NCBI RefSeq assembly: GCF_000150275.1
Contig: NW_002060944.1
Coordinates: 1,536,911 to 1,600,910, forward strand
Length of the DNA stretch: 64,000 nucleotides
DNA from: Trichoplax adhaerens
Lineage: Eukaryota > Animalia > Placozoa
Direction: 5' to 3'
The notes beneath the pieces were generated by a model. It was not told the DNA's origin. It did no database searches and saw only the letters and a list, made by a program, of their open reading frames with translations. Made by a program: the position numbers and the translations under genes. Shown piece after piece: positions 37,888 through 52,764 of the stretch. Position 1 is the first letter of the stretch, and each line of letters opens with the position of its first letter.

Positions 37888-40800
37888 TCATTGTTCTTCA
37901 TTAATGTGAGCGCGTGCGAGGTTACGAGCCAAGGCGATTCGAATTGTATTTAAAGCGTCATGTAAAACCTGCAATAAAAGGTTACGTTGTTATTAGAAGG
38001 GAGCGATTGAATACTTCCAATTTCAATTTTAATTAGTGTATCATAATCAAAGATTACTTCAGAATTTTTGTGAACTTGCTGTTTCAATGTTAAGCGATTG
38101 CTCCAGCTATCACCAGGCCCCCGTAGCGAAAGTTCAATCTCAGTTAAACACCGAAGTAACTCGTATGTTTGATCGCTGTCAAATAAAATCTGCAACACAT
38201 AATTTTAACCTATTATTATTCTTAGAAAGCTTTCGTTTTCGCTTATCATATGAACTGCGAATGATGCAACACAATGGAACGATTTAAATCAAAGTTCGAA
38301 CTAAATTACAGATATTGTACCTCTTCAGTTTCAAATAACGGAATAGCATCCAATAACAACATCCACCAATATCTGAATATTGAATAGGACATCGCATACA
38401 TTAAAATGTTTAGAAAAAGTAAAGCTTTATATTCTATCGAAGCCTCTATAATGAATTTACGTACTTTTTAGAAGCTAAGCCATCAACCATAAGTAAAACC
38501 AAGATAGATGCTGCATCAACGAGATTTCCAGTATTACAAAATGTATGAAATTCTCTGAATTTCCCTATGAAATTATCACATAGTAGCACTATCATTTCAG
38601 TAACAACGGTAATGTTATCATTGACTGTCTAACTTTCAATAGCATCATTTCATCCTATAGTAATTGGAACATAATACACGTACTAAAGCTTTATTCTATA
38701 ATAAAGACTGACTAATAATACAAAAAGAATATACCTAAAAATGCTAATTGACCAGTTAACGTTATGGCTGCTCCAATGTCGTCTACTATTGCAAGACGAT
38801 CAGCGTTACCGTCTTTGATGTACGCGGACATGTAGCTAGAGAAGCAGAAATGTCACTCAAAAGTTAGAGAAAAATTTACGCATTCTCCTGATAAGCTAAA
38901 GCCGTTTTCTTAGTTTACTACTTACCAATCGACAATATAATTAATCAGAGTGACATCCTAACCGAGAAAATGAGAAACATTAGCCAATTTTATATAAATA
39001 GTATAGGATATTGTTACACACTAAAGAGCAAACCTTAACGTATAATGCCCAAGATATCGCTGAACCTAGTTTTTCTCTACGTATGGCGGTCATACATTCT
39101 TCTCGGCAAATATCTGCTAGATCCGTCGATAAACCATACTTTTCACAAACATGCAGCACCTTTCGAGTCTTCTTCTCGCTATCTAAAGGAATCCTAGATA
39201 TGTACTGTTCCAAATAATATCTGATTTGGAAATAATAGAACAGTATTACATCTCAACTGAAGCCTGCTTGGATGAAATGTCAACATGCAATAGACCTTCC
39301 ATAAGTTTGACAATGTCCCAGGTAATCGGATCCAATCTGCCATGAACTATAAAACAAGAATTAAGTATACCGCTTGTACAGAACTGGGACTATGGAATTG
39401 ATTATCTTTACCTAGCACTCATTAACGAAGATCCGTACTCCAACAGCAAATATTCCCTCAAGTCAGTTCCATAACTATGAAATAGCAGTATATTAGTTAA
39501 GATCGTTTTCTATAACGCTTAAGGTGTCTGTAATTAATTAAATCTCAGTATATCTTAAATTAATAAATCATTTTGGAGGACTATGTAAACAACAACGCCT
39601 ATCACATTACTCAAGCTTATATAATTTTAGCTGGCCACAATGATACAATAAGTCGGTGAGATGAACTGCAAACCACCAATCCCCAAATCCAGCACTGTAA
39701 TAATAGTTAGGTTAAGATGTGATCTTAAATTCGTTAAGTTATTTAAAGCTTAATATGTTGGTGTAGCAATACGAGTTCAAGGTAGGTATGCATTGCAAAA
39801 TATAACAGTTAACCTGGCTTCTTTAATGACTCGCACAGTGTCTAACAGGAAAATGGCAGATATTACTTCATCCAATTTTCCTAAACGCGATTTGTCACCA
39901 TAAAATAATTCTAACGACAGCTGTAAAATAATGAATCCAAATAAAAATCGAGGCAATCCATTCGAAACATAATGTTGATTTTAATTGCGAATTAGTACTT
40001 ACATCAATACTGTAGTGAAGATCGTAAACTTTTGTAGTTGGATTTCGAAATAGTATATGAACAACTAAAAGATGGTACCACGTGTGAATGACGCCTTCAT
40101 TACTATGGTAGAGCAGATGATACATTAAGAATCATCATCAAATAGAGATTTAAATGTACAAGAAAATCTGATAGCCTTATCGAGTACCTTAACTCCTGTA
40201 AAACTTTTTCATCGCCACATAATATCTGTAACAGATCAGAAATTATTTTTACTTTGCGGCTTTTATAGATATCAGTAGCTAACTTCACATTCCCAGTACT
40301 AGACTGCACATACAAACATAAAACGATTTAACCTTACCCTACATAATCTATGTAAATGTCTATGCTGTTGGATATCACCAGTCAAGCTATTGCGACATTC
40401 CTGTTGCCAATGCCTCCACTTCAAAACATATTCAGGAGACGACTAAAGTGATAGACAAAGTAGATCCTTATTGCTAAGAATAATCAGTAAACCAATCAAT
40501 ATAACATTCGTATTTACACTAGGTCGCGGCATTTTTCTTAGTAATTCGCTTATCTTTCGGTAGGGCTAAGATAAAAAGTTCAACGGTAATGCAAGGTTAC
40601 CAGCCATTTCAATTTAATCATAGTGACATTTATTTAACTAACTTACGTCACTTTTATCATTTGAGTCCTTGACCGATACATTTAACAATTCTACTGCAGA
40701 ATTCATGCGTCCACTCACAACATATCCATAAATCTATGCAAGAAAAAAGTAGTAACAATCCGAATATTTACTCGGGACGTAAAGCTTTAAATCCTCTCGC

Positions 40801-42344
40801 ATAACATGTAAATTACAATATAATTCGCGAAATCTAGCTAGCTCATACAGTAGGCCAGTAATTCCGATGTTCACGGATTACGTGAGCTTCAAGGATCATT
40901 TTTTTATGCAGCTCATCGACTTGAGGAAAGTGCCAAACAATCCATTCAAGTAACCCCTGAATGGGATAAGCTTAAATAAAAATGTTACTTAGATATTGCT
41001 TGTTTACTTTTCTAAGGTTAATATTCGTATAATTGATCCACATTTCGACATTTGGTGGAAAACACCATTTCATATGCGGCAAGTATTTCGGTGGATTATT
41101 TAAGATTTATACTAAAGCATCGATTTAGACTAACAATACATAAATTATTATAATTTTTATAGAGAAATTTAATGGCATGAGAGGCAAATTTCGACAAATA
41201 TATCAATCTGTAAGTTTACCTTGCGAGGAATCAATGAAAATGATTTCGCATAATTGCCAAATTAATTCGACTACTGAGTATAGTTCTTCCTACATAAGCG
41301 AAATTAGATTGGTATACGGTTAGAACTCACAGCACTTGAGAAGTTTTCAGGTAATAACAACCGTAAAAATATCTCCTGCTATAATTATTACCATTTTTAC
41401 GCGGTCTCCCATATAAAAGTTTAAGCAGTGATCTAATGAAGTAAGGAAATAGCGTCGTATTTACAGTTAAAGTAATTGATAACATTAGAAATTATTTTCT
41501 TAACGAATTGATGGCATGCGACATTTTTAGGAGATACCTTTCTTACGACTGTGAACAAAAGAAGCCCTCAAAATAGACCGGTAAAGTCGACTGCATTTCA
41601 TTAGGCTAAGAAAGTCGATTTCAGTATGCATTACGGTATAGCTGAAATAGTTATGTAGTACATTAATCCTCATACTGTACCTTCGTTGTTTTGTAGCACT
41701 ATCCATATCGGCAATCTCTTGAATTTCTAGAAAAATGTCTACGAATTCATTACAACACGACCTAGTTAGCATCTAATCTACTCTACTTAGGTTTAAAAGT
41801 AAATATTATCTACTAGGTTAATTGCAATCGATTATTTCGATTAATAATATTTAGTCCAAATTACCGTGAGATTCGCTGATAACACGACGAGCCAATCCTT
41901 CGTACCGTTTCGGATCAAGCTGGACTTCCCATATATTAAATTCAGCCCTTTCATCCTTAACTGTAATATATGATATGTACATTAGTATAACTGCCTTGAT
42001 AAATAAGTACAAAAACTTAATAACTAAATTTTTGCTTAAAGCAGACATCATAGCAGAGCACCACTGTTGAAAATGAATTTGAAAGGTTAGCAAAACACAT
42101 TATAAAATTTAAATTTAGATTTTATACTGTAAGCGCCTTGCTAACAATATCGGTAAAATGTATCATTTATACGAAAATCAGTTCGACAAGTACGTTTACT
42201 ATTGTCTTGCGAAAGGTTAGTTTTCCTTACAGCTAGTAGCATACCTGAATTAGAAAAATCACTGGAGCCCGGAAAAACTGCAATTCCGTTCTTCCTATCC
42301 CATTTACTTCGCAATTGTCCAGTTATAACTGATTTTGGAATAAT
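37888..42344 (-). CDS. NUP85: Nucleoporin Nup85 (Y-complex), multi-exon; the first exon and start codon are uncertain (possibly ~42.6 kb)
   Basis: Exons encode YSVVELIWQLCEIIFID, YWPTIYGYVLSGRMNSAVELL, WWFAVHLTDLLYHC, LREYLLLEYGSSLMS...WQIGSDYLGHC, LAFLGKFREFH and C-terminal IRIALARNLARAHINEEQ*, matching human NUP85 motifs (MREFLLLEYASGL; LRLSLARNLARA). Confidence 0.92.
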
Positions 42345-43894
42345 CTAAGCCGAGGATATACGGGTATGTACATAAAATATTCGATAATAAGTAGCTTGAA
42401 CACATTGCAACTGATTCGTGAACATTAACGACCATTATTTCAAAGCTATCACGAAATATTTAGTTAATAGATGCCATATCGAGCTTCAGAAATTTTAGTA
42501 TATAGCACTATACTCGTATATGATCGAGAAGTTATTAAAGCATGCTTTGTGGAAATGCAGTATTACCCGTTGTATCAGAACTACCGCAATAGCGCATATC
42601 CTGAATAAGGAGCAATCCCATTAACGAAATTGTAAATCATCAAAAATTAAAGTCTCCAGTCTACTAAGGTTCCTATTGCGTTGCAATCAGATCACCCCAC
42701 CGGGTAATATTTCTAGTACCGTACTACTTTCATCAATTCATACCCACTAGCCCCGCACGACCAAATTATGTTTATTGCTACGCGTATTTAGGTTTAGTCA
42801 AGTTTACTAGATCGCTGAACACTGTATGATGTAGCCACAAATTGTTTGACGCCACCACAGTTTTAAAACTAAACCAATTAAATTCATTATAATTATACAT
42901 ATATATATATATATATATTATTGCTTGGCGTTACTTGATCTTAAACTCTCATTAAGGCAGTCGAGAGGGACTACGGTCACAAGGATCATACAGATTTCAT
43001 TGAGAGGTATCCCATTTCAAATAGGTACTGTACAGTATACCAGATTTGCAATGCACGTACAGTAAGTACAATCACAACAGCATCCCTCTAGTTCACTCGC
43101 TGATTCATGGACTGGAACGTTTTATAATTATAATTAATATACATTACTCGCGCGCACTTAGCATGCTTGACTAAATTTTAAATATGGCCAACAGAAGCAA
43201 TAAACGATTACTTTCCGTAATGATTTGCCTCAACTACGAAATATACTAGTTTTTTTAATTAATTTATATACCGTATTACATTTGACCTATACACGACGTA
43301 CATACCGTATGAATGACCATTTTAAAGTACGGATAAACTGTTTATACTGTACTGTAAGTCCGACATTTAACATGCATTGCAGTATTATATTACTGCAGGG
43401 TACTAATGTTATAAGAGTAAAGCAATTGTTGAATGAAGAATCTAGGTTAAAATTAATCAAAACTTATCGCCTAATTTATCGTAATGATGTATAAAACGCA
43501 ACGTTAAAATAAGTTCCCAGGACAAAACTAGAATTCAAATTAGACGAGTAAAAAGCGGCAGCAAGTGCTGTAATTCTGCATGCTCCAAGGCTATGCTAAT
43601 ATCCAGTAATTAATAGGACTAAAGTTTGTACGAATTAATTCAATTAAACGGATCTACCAAGTTTAAGTATAGCTTACCATACCTTACTCAGTATACTATA
43701 ATCAAATCCTACAGATAATTTGTGTCCACAAATAGCAAATAACATCGTTTACAGTGAATAACTTCTTACCACAACTGCCTGTTCGGTTTCCGTTCCATCC
43801 ATCGCGCGATGAAAGTTAAAAAAAAGCACAACAAACGATGGAGTGTGCAATTATGCATGAGGATGAATTGTATGCGCATGCCCGGCGTACGACT

Positions 43895-44300
43895 TCGTAC
43901 GGTAAGTACTATAGTACTGTACACTGTACAGTGCACATTTGTGTTTCGTGAATTGGTGCATTTTGCAGGGGCCAATTTCAGTAGTTGGCAGGTTTAATTA
44001 ACTTCATACTTCATTATCAGTAGTGTATAATGCAATAATTTGGCAACCTTTCCTTACTAGACTAGTATTCAGCTCTGTGCCAGATAAATTACTAGAGATC
44101 GAGAATGAAATCACGTTACTGTACTGTACAGTACAGTACTGTACCGTAAGTAATACTGTACTCTAGATTGTACTGTAGACTCATGAGTACCGTACAGTAC
44201 TGTAGACTCAGTGTACAGTACAGTACAGTACGGTACAGTACAGTACATGGTCTCTCAAATACTGTACTGTACACTGTACTGTACAGTGTACAGTACTGCA
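43895..44300. repeat. CAGTA/TACTG palindromic pentamer arrays in the NUP85/biotinidase divergent promoter
   Basis: A short run at ~43895-43935 and a dense array at 44117-44300, ending about 100 bp before ATG 44401. Confidence 0.88.
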
Positions 44301-44400
44301 CTTGCAACAAAATTAGCTCAGGGTTTGCGTTTTTACCTCGCAAGATGCTTTCCAGAGAACCTTAGAAAGGTAGGTAGATTCCTTAGATATTATTAACAAG

Positions 44401-45975
44401 ATGACTGCCATGGCAGATTCATGTATACAACGTTGGACTATAGCTCTAGTTCTTATATACTGTATGAGTTTTGTCGGTTGTAAACGCTATACTGCTGCAG
44501 TTGTGGAATATGAACCATTCTATACCGATAAAATCTTTCATAGCAAGGAAGAGGCCTTTCAGAAAGCCCTATTAATAAACTTAAGGGAATTTGCCAAGTG
44601 GACTAAATTGGCTGCGCAACGTGGTGCTAACATTATTGTTTTTCCAGAAAATGGATTGTTCGGTTTCCTAAATCGAGACTTAGTTAAGCCTTATCTCCAG
44701 CATTTGCCCGAACCGACTAAAATCGGTAACCAGTACGAAATACCTTGTGCTCAGGCTAACATAGAAAAATTCAATGATGGTCCAGTCTTACAGTTTTTAA
44801 GCTGCCTTGCTGCTCGCTATGAAATAGCGATTGTTGCGAATGTCGGCGAAGTCCAGCCATGTAATCGCATGTTAGACAATGACTGTCCTCCAGATAAACA
44901 GTTCCAATATAATACAAACATAGTTCTAGACACTGATGGGAGTTTTATAGCTAAATATCGCAAAGAACACCTTTTTTTCGAACCGGAATATGACCAACCT
45001 GCTACCTGCGAAAATATTGCTTTTACGCCTAGTTTTGGAGTTACCTTCGGCATAATGACTTGCTTCGATATATTGTACAACTGCCCTGCAGTTACACTTA
45101 TTAATAAATATCATATTAAAAATTTTGTTATCCCAATGGCTTGGATGAAAGGAATTCCATTATTGCAATCAAATCAATACCAACAAGCCTGGTCGAGGTC
45201 TCATGGCGTTAATGTAATCGCAGCTAACGTTCACTTTCTACGTGCAGATATGACTGGTAGTGGAATATATTCATCTGGTCTTGTCAAAGCCTGGTATTAC
45301 AATAACAATAGCTCTCGCAACGGCTCTCAACTTCTAGTAGCAGAACTAGATTCCGAAGATTCACAACCTCAAACGAGTTTATGCAGGTATCTTATGATAA
45401 ATTATACGTGTATGAATCTTATTCAAAATTAACTTTAGTAATGAAGTCCATGTTATTCACTGATCTACAGGAAGGCGAGAGCTGTTGCTCTGGAACCACC
45501 TCCATCACACTCAAAAGGGCAAACATTCCAATCACTTATGATGCACAATATCTATAATTTTGTCTTGCTTGATAAAACCAAGCAGGGGCAAGCAAGCGTT
45601 TGCTTCGGAACGTTATGCTGTCACTTGCAATTTGAACGTGATCAAACATCCGAAATGTTTGCATTAGCTGCATATGATGGCCCATATTACGTCTTTAAAA
45701 ATTTTCATTTACAGGTTTGTGCACTTGTAAAATGCAACTCAAATGAAGATAAAAGGAAATGCGGGCAACCTGTGTATCAATCACAAACAATATTCAAAAG
45801 TCTGACAATATCAGGAACATTCTCAAATAAGACTGTATTATATCCTACCTCACTGCTTGATGGTATACGACTAGTTCAACCACAATTGACCCATTTTGAT
45901 CCAAAATTAAAAGTTCTGACCGAGTGTCCTTTAAACAATCCCTTAATATCAGCTGCACTAATAGGTAGATTATGA
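44401..45975 (+). CDS. Biotinidase/vanin (pantetheinase) family carbon-nitrogen hydrolase, secreted; two exons (intron 45387..45470)
   Basis: Hydrophobic signal peptide, YTAAVVEYEP, catalytic triad E (IIVFPENG), K (YRKEHLF) and C (TCFDIL), FQYNTNIV, and a C-terminal base domain (VCFGTLCCHL, LQVCALVKC) ending LIGRL* with no GPI signal. The splice joins ORFs 44401 and 45538 in frame. Confidence 0.92.
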
Positions 45976-47433
45976 AATAGAACCGATAATTAATTCTCAT
46001 ATGAAGAATGAAAAAAAGCGTTATGAACCGTGACTAATACGATAAATGATTCGTATTATCTGTTAAGAGATACCGTACTATGATCGTTGCCCTGATAGGT
46101 AACGCTAATCGCATAATAATAATATTAAAATGATTCGGTATTTTGGTTATGACGGTCTGTTTATTGTATCTAGCGTGCGATTAATGCATAGCTCTAAGGT
46201 ACCGCAAATTATTGTACTGTTATTCAATAAATTATTTCTTTGATAACCCATGATCACATAAATTTTGCATGGTTGTGTTGATGATCAGTGTCACCAAAAT
46301 GAACAGTTTGAAGAATTTTGCGTATTTAAGGTTAATTTTGATATCATCATATGCAGTGCTAGATTTAGATTCAATTAACATCATTATGTAACTATTTGAC
46401 AGTGAGTATTTGTATGTACGAAAGCACGTAAACTATACCACACATTTCTTCAGATATTTCGTGATATTGAACATTACAAAGAGTAGTTTATTTAGTATAA
46501 TCGATATAGAAGTCTTACCCGTTCTTGGTTATACATAATGGTAGAAAAAAATAATTGATATGTTAAATGAAATGTACCGTACGTTATTAGGGCTCTTAAA
46601 TTCGTTATTAGCGTAGTATTTATCCTTTATTAAGAATACGAGTATTAGGTCTTTCTTGGTACTATTATAGATAATTTCATACAGCATCTTATCAAGTCGG
46701 TGCAAGTAGCAGATTATCCACCGTTTTGAACTACGCGTTAATCAACTAATTGCAATGCTGTATCTGTGTAAAAAATACGAGCAGCTGATGGTACATATAA
46801 ACGATACTTTATTCAATGTCAGTATAAGATATAAACCCAATATACAGCAGTTCATGAGCAAACTACTAGTAGTAAAGTTATAAATAATCATAATTACACA
46901 AGACCTGCAAACATTTGATTGAATACTGAATACTCTAGGAATCTATCATATACCTTAAATATCACAGGTTCAATAAGAAAAAATTTTCTTATAACCTTAC
47001 CGGATTGAAACCACAGCAAATACAATTTTAACGACATGATGTGCAGTCATAATATGCTTTTCAAATAGAAGTCTAAAAATTTCATTTATCATGTAAAATC
47101 AAAGGAATGGATTAAATCCATTCCGAGACACGTAGACTATGAAGATTATGGCCAATAAGAATCTTTAATAAAAGGAGACATAGCAATACCGCAATCCTCC
47201 TGAAAATACTTAATATTCCGGTGACACGAAAGCAAGCTTTTCATATATATATTGATTGCTATATGAAATGTTGTCGATAAGGTCAAATCTTGTTTATTTA
47301 TTTAACAATCGGTATATTGCACGTATATATATAGTAAAACAGTTGCCAATACAGGCACGACTACAATTACACTTATATTTTTTACAGTTTTTCTAACCAG
47401 AATCGGAAATATTGGAAAGGTATGAATAATTTC

Positions 47434-50400
47434 TTAGGCGGTGATGCCAGCTTTAGATTTGAGCATTTTTTTACCAGATGCTTCGTGATGTTGAACCTTT
47501 TCGTCTTCCGTTTTCTTGATCTTAATTTCCTTCTTAAGATCTCCAGTTATCTTTTGCAATTCTTTAAGCTTTCCATCCACCTTTTCGTCTTCCGTTTCCT
47601 TGATAATTTCTTTCTTAAGATCTCCAGCTTTCTTCTGCAATGCTTTAATCTTTCCATCAATCGCCTTTTCTTCAAGTCTCAGTTCCACCTCTTTCAATTT
47701 AAGTTGCAAATCCTTAAGTTCGACTTCCTTTCGCTTTAATTCCTTTTCCTTTTGGATCAAATGATGTTCTTCACTCTTAGTTTTACTTCCATCGGCGGAG
47801 CCGTCTGTTTCATGAGCCCCAGCTTTAGCATTTAATGAATCTTTCGGTTTAGCCTTTTGAGATTTATGGTTAGCGCTATCACTAGCCTTGGATACCTTGT
47901 CACCCTTGTCCTTGGACAATTCACCAGATGATTTAGATCTCTGAGGGTCAGCGACTTTTTCTAAACCTTTATTGTTTGTATCCAAATCATTACTGTCAGA
48001 CTTATCTGACTGGTTATTAGATTCATTTTCTTTATCAGAGTTCATCTTCGACACTTGATGATCCTTTCTTTCACTATTGTTACTCTTACTTTTTACATTT
48101 TTTCCGTTATTTATTTTAGTATCGACCTTATCATCTTGCTTTAACCCACTATCTTGTTTTTTCAACTGATCTGAACGCAAATTAGTTTTTTTCGAATCGC
48201 TCTCTAAATCTTTTGCACCGTTGCTAATCTCTACTTTATCATCTTTAATACTGTTACCATTTTTCATATTTTTGCCACTGGATTCGATATTTTTACTTGA
48301 TTTTAGATTAACATCATTATCACTGTCTACTCTATTCCCTTTCTGAAAATGATTATCACCATCTACGCCCTTTTTACTACTGTCAGATTTATCCTGATTT
48401 TCAATAAATTTTTCAGATTTTTCAATACTCTTCTCCGCAGATTTCTTGAGATCTTTCAAATCCTGAACCTTTTTTTCTAGCGATTTAATCATCTTTTTCT
48501 GATTGTCATCTACACTGTCTTCAGGTGCTATAGGTTCTAATCGTTGATCATCTTTCGTCTTTTTCTTTAAATTCTTGTCCGCCTCAGCCTTACTAATTTT
48601 TCCGTTTGGTTGATCTTTGGTAAACTTTGAACTCTTTTTATCGTCTTTTTTTGTCTCTTCCTTGTTTAACAAGCCTTTTTTAGGAGAATCCTTATCCTTT
48701 TTACTTTTTTCGTTATTTAGATGACTTGAATCATCGGGATTATTAGCGGTATCTCTCTTTTTGACATCATTGCCATCCACAACTGGAGGATTTCCCTGAT
48801 TTTTGTCTTTCCCTGGGAATTTATTATTATTGGGTGGATTATTATTCTGAGCCTTGTTAATATTATTATCTATCATCTGCGAGTCTTTATTGAAATTTGC
48901 TTTTTGGTTATCTTTTCCCATTTGATTATTTAATAAACCATCATCATTTTGTGACTTATCTTGTTTATCTTTAACGTTGACTACTTGCATTCTCGGCTGG
49001 GCTTTCTTTACGTCCAACTGACCGATAATGGTGAATGAACTCATAACAAGGCAAAAGAGACCAATAACGAGAACGATCTAATAAAATATCATCGATCAAG
49101 TGATCATACTTGAGTTAAATCAAGATTATAGAATACGATAACTGATCTTAAAAACAAATAATCATAATTAAAGTGATTTCTCTCAGCACCTTCGCAATTT
49201 GTCTTTGCTTAGCACCCGCGGGAGTTAAATGCAAGAACATAGCTCCAGGTACAATGTAACAAATTAGAGTGCCCATTATAGCTCCGGTTAGGGCTAGAAT
49301 AATTTCAACTAAAAATATGTATACAAATAAAATATATTGCAACAATGATCATGTTAGTTTTTCAGCAATTACGGCGACTTAAAAAACTTAACATATTGGA
49401 ATAAGTAACTAAAAGAATGATTTAGTAGATACTTACCCTGTGGTATTAATATACCGATAATCAATGTGCTTGTCATAATGCAAACAGTTATTACAACAAA
49501 TCTGTTGTGTGGAATAAAACTTGGGCTACCTAAAGCATCATGACTAGAAGACTAATATGAAAATGTGTTAGCCAGAGAGCTATTAGGTTAAAGATTTACT
49601 TCACTAAAAATTATTATATTTTACCTGTTTTGCTAATAACGAATTGATACTCGCTCGGCATGGGAATATTGCTAGAGGAAAGCTAACAACAATGGACAAA
49701 ACAAATCCTAATGATAAAAATTGATAATATCAATATGGCTTCGAAGTGATAATTAATTAAATTAGTTATCACAAATACAAATCTTAATTGAGGGTATTAT
49801 ACCAAGCTTTATGAGTGCAGAAACTACACCATTTCCGAAGTTCATCAATACATCTCCTTTTACACCGTCAAAGCAAAACGCCGTATAACCGAAAAATCCA
49901 ACCTAGCACGTTTATATGAAATACTTGTATTGATAGGGAAAAAATTTCAAGTTTTATAACTATTTTATTTCATTCCAAATACTTACAAGAAAGTAAACTA
50001 TTGATACCATATTTACAGCGCTACTGACAATCGATGACATCACATTAATTGAGGGTTCCGGCAGGGCTTCATAAACCAAAAATAATTGTCTATCATAAAA
50101 CAAGAACAATTGTTCATCATAAAATTATTATATATATATAATACTTTAAAACTATATATCATTAACATTTTGGATCATTATAATTAGTTCAAATGTTGAA
50201 ATTATGTCTTAAAGTGAAGCATACGTTTGGCAGGTGAAAGCCATTAAAAATATCGGTAAGCAATGAAAGGTACCACTGAATTTCCATAAATGAATTTGAG
50301 TTAAAGCTCCAGTAATGAGATTCGGTAATGAAGACAAGAAAATCTGTAGCGATGATATCAGAAGTATAAACATTTATTATTTATTTATTCGTAATTTTAT

Positions 50401-51730
50401 TTCCAACGTAAGGTCGTTGAAAAATTTTTGAATACGCAAATTCACTTTTACCTGCAAGATAAAAATCAAATAGAAGCCCAACGACACCGCGCTAATACCA
50501 CTAAGACTCTGAATATTCCTCATTAAGGATAATGGTAGAGCGACACAAATGGCTAATGAAACCATGACAATCGCTCGTAAAGTTCGAGTATTCTATAATA
50601 GTTATGTATATGTTGGTTAACAACAGTGTTACGTCAAGTTAGCTTGGCAATGATAAGATGTAGCAATATACTGTACTGTACATATATTTGCATAGATAAT
50701 CAATTAAATGATTGAGTTTACCTCAATTCCAAATAATACAGAAACAATAGAAGGGGACAAGTCACCAACTATAACGTGAAATGCGATGCAAGTTCCGAAG
50801 AGTAGTCCAATGATGCTAAAATTAAAGCAATTTATAATACATTATTACTACAATAAGTTGCAGATAATGCAATACCAGTACTTCATATTATTATTATAGT
50901 ACCAATTATTAGAAGACACTTGCTAAGATATTGCAGCCATAATTTGTAGTTTGTAAGTTTACAATGCAGTTACAATTACTTTAATTATTTCCTGAAACCT
51001 ACCTTACTTCTACTAACGATTTGCCAACAGATCCAAATGTGTGATGAGCTACATTAAGAGAAATTTTTTTTCAATTTGTCAATGAATTTGAAAACAATGC
51101 ATAATCAATAGTTTTGACGAAGAATTGATGTTATTATTGTTAGCTTAATTAGACTGTGGATAAGAACAGTATTTGCAGTCAATATTGTGACAAATAGCTA
51201 CTGCATTTATAATCAAATAATTCCATTTCAAGAATTGCCAACCTAAATATTCGTAAGTTCTTTTTTTCGTCGAATTGGCAGCCCGAAGTAAGATGTCACA
51301 CGATAGGCGGGTAAGCAGGGAGCTTACAAATAACAAAAGCGATCCTAATATAATTCCACACTATAATACCGACAGAAAGCAACAACTTGAGCAATCATAT
51401 CATCCAAGCTTTTCTGCAATCTGACTTCAAATGATTACTACAACTTAGCTGTCTTAAGTATCAAATTATAACCTAAATCTGATATGACTTTTTAAATAAT
51501 AACGGTAGATTAAGTTAAAAGGAGTACATTATGCAGAATACTGTCCAATAAGTCTATTACTTAATGTCTTGATGTAACAGTAGGTGCAATAGTGATAGTT
51601 GTTTAGCTAGATAAATTCACGTCAAAAATTTCCTCACTTGATGAAAGCAGAACGGAATGGCTAAGACACTAACGCCAATGATGCTATTGCCAAGGTTAAT
51701 AATAAAGGGTAGATCTCTGCTTTGAACCAT
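47434..51730 (-). CDS. SLC38A10: Sodium-coupled neutral amino acid transporter 10 with a long hydrophilic C-terminal tail
   Basis: [113 protein letters not shown] and LALTGAIMGTLICYIVP match human SLC38A10. The last exon encodes a ~530-aa K/D/N-rich tail. Confidence 0.93.
47495..47670 (-). repeat. Two-copy 81-84 bp coding repeat in the SLC38A10 tail
   Basis: EK.xDGK.K.LQK..GDLKKEI..K.TEDEKV occurs twice, and the DNA copies are clearly similar. Confidence 0.85.
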
Positions 51731-52764
51731 TCTTTAGATTAAACTTATTGGGTTATTAACAAACAGCACTCGATCAGAAACGATAGATTATATTATATAC
51801 CAGTATGCATGAGTCATACGTTGACTTATTAAGAATACGCGTAGAAACGTCTGAGCAATCGTGTTTCCTATCTGGGGATATAAATAAATCTCTTTACAAA
51901 ATTCAATCACAATTGTACCTTGTATTCTATGTACTGTAGTTATAATAAAAAATTTGTAATGGCATATTGGTAAATATGAAAATATACAGTGGCAAATCAG
52001 TAATTAATTCTTATAATAATAGATCACTATACTGTACTACGGTGTTAGCAATGGTAAGAATAATAAATAGTTTGTAAAGTGCATAATTCTACAGGATACT
52101 AGCTAGTACTGTAATCTTTTGCTAAAGTAAGGTGCGTATAATTAACGCTGCTCAATAATTACTCTATTATACGCGTATATATAATAATAATTATTAATTA
52201 TTAACTGTTTGACAATTTCATGTTAATACGCGTACATCCTATCCAATCCAGCTATTGCCATCGATCCAACTGCAGAATGATTTAATGTACGGTTAGAATG
52301 ACCTGATCAACTTATTTCTTTTATTTGTTGCAATAGAATGTAAGGTCAAAAGTGCAATTTGAAGCAAAAGATATAACTTATACGCAGTCACTTTCTAAAA
52401 TACCTTAGCAATATGACAAGGATTGTAGACTTGGCTACGAATACTGGTCTACCTCCAGGAAGTCTTTTTAAGATTGTAAAGTTGTCTTGTACACGTATTT
52501 GACCAAGGTTTTACGTAAACACCTTGGTAAAAAGGAGAATAATGAGGCTTGCTATAATACTTTGAATGATATATAAAACTGCTACTACATCGATCTGAGA
52601 ATTGACACTTTAAGTTCTTACTTTTGGTTAAGATCATTGACGTCTTGATCACCTTTCTACTTGTCTAGACGAACTGCAAATTGTAGTAAATTAGCAATGT
52701 GTCCAGTACTGTCAGTATTACATACTGTAAACACTCACTACTACAGTATGCTATAAGTAATACC

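Noticed and set aside
47104-47124. Perfect hairpin GGAATGGAT-TAA-ATCCATTCC between convergent genes
   Set aside because: A 9-bp stem can arise by chance in 64 kb, and bacterial-type terminators are not relevant here.
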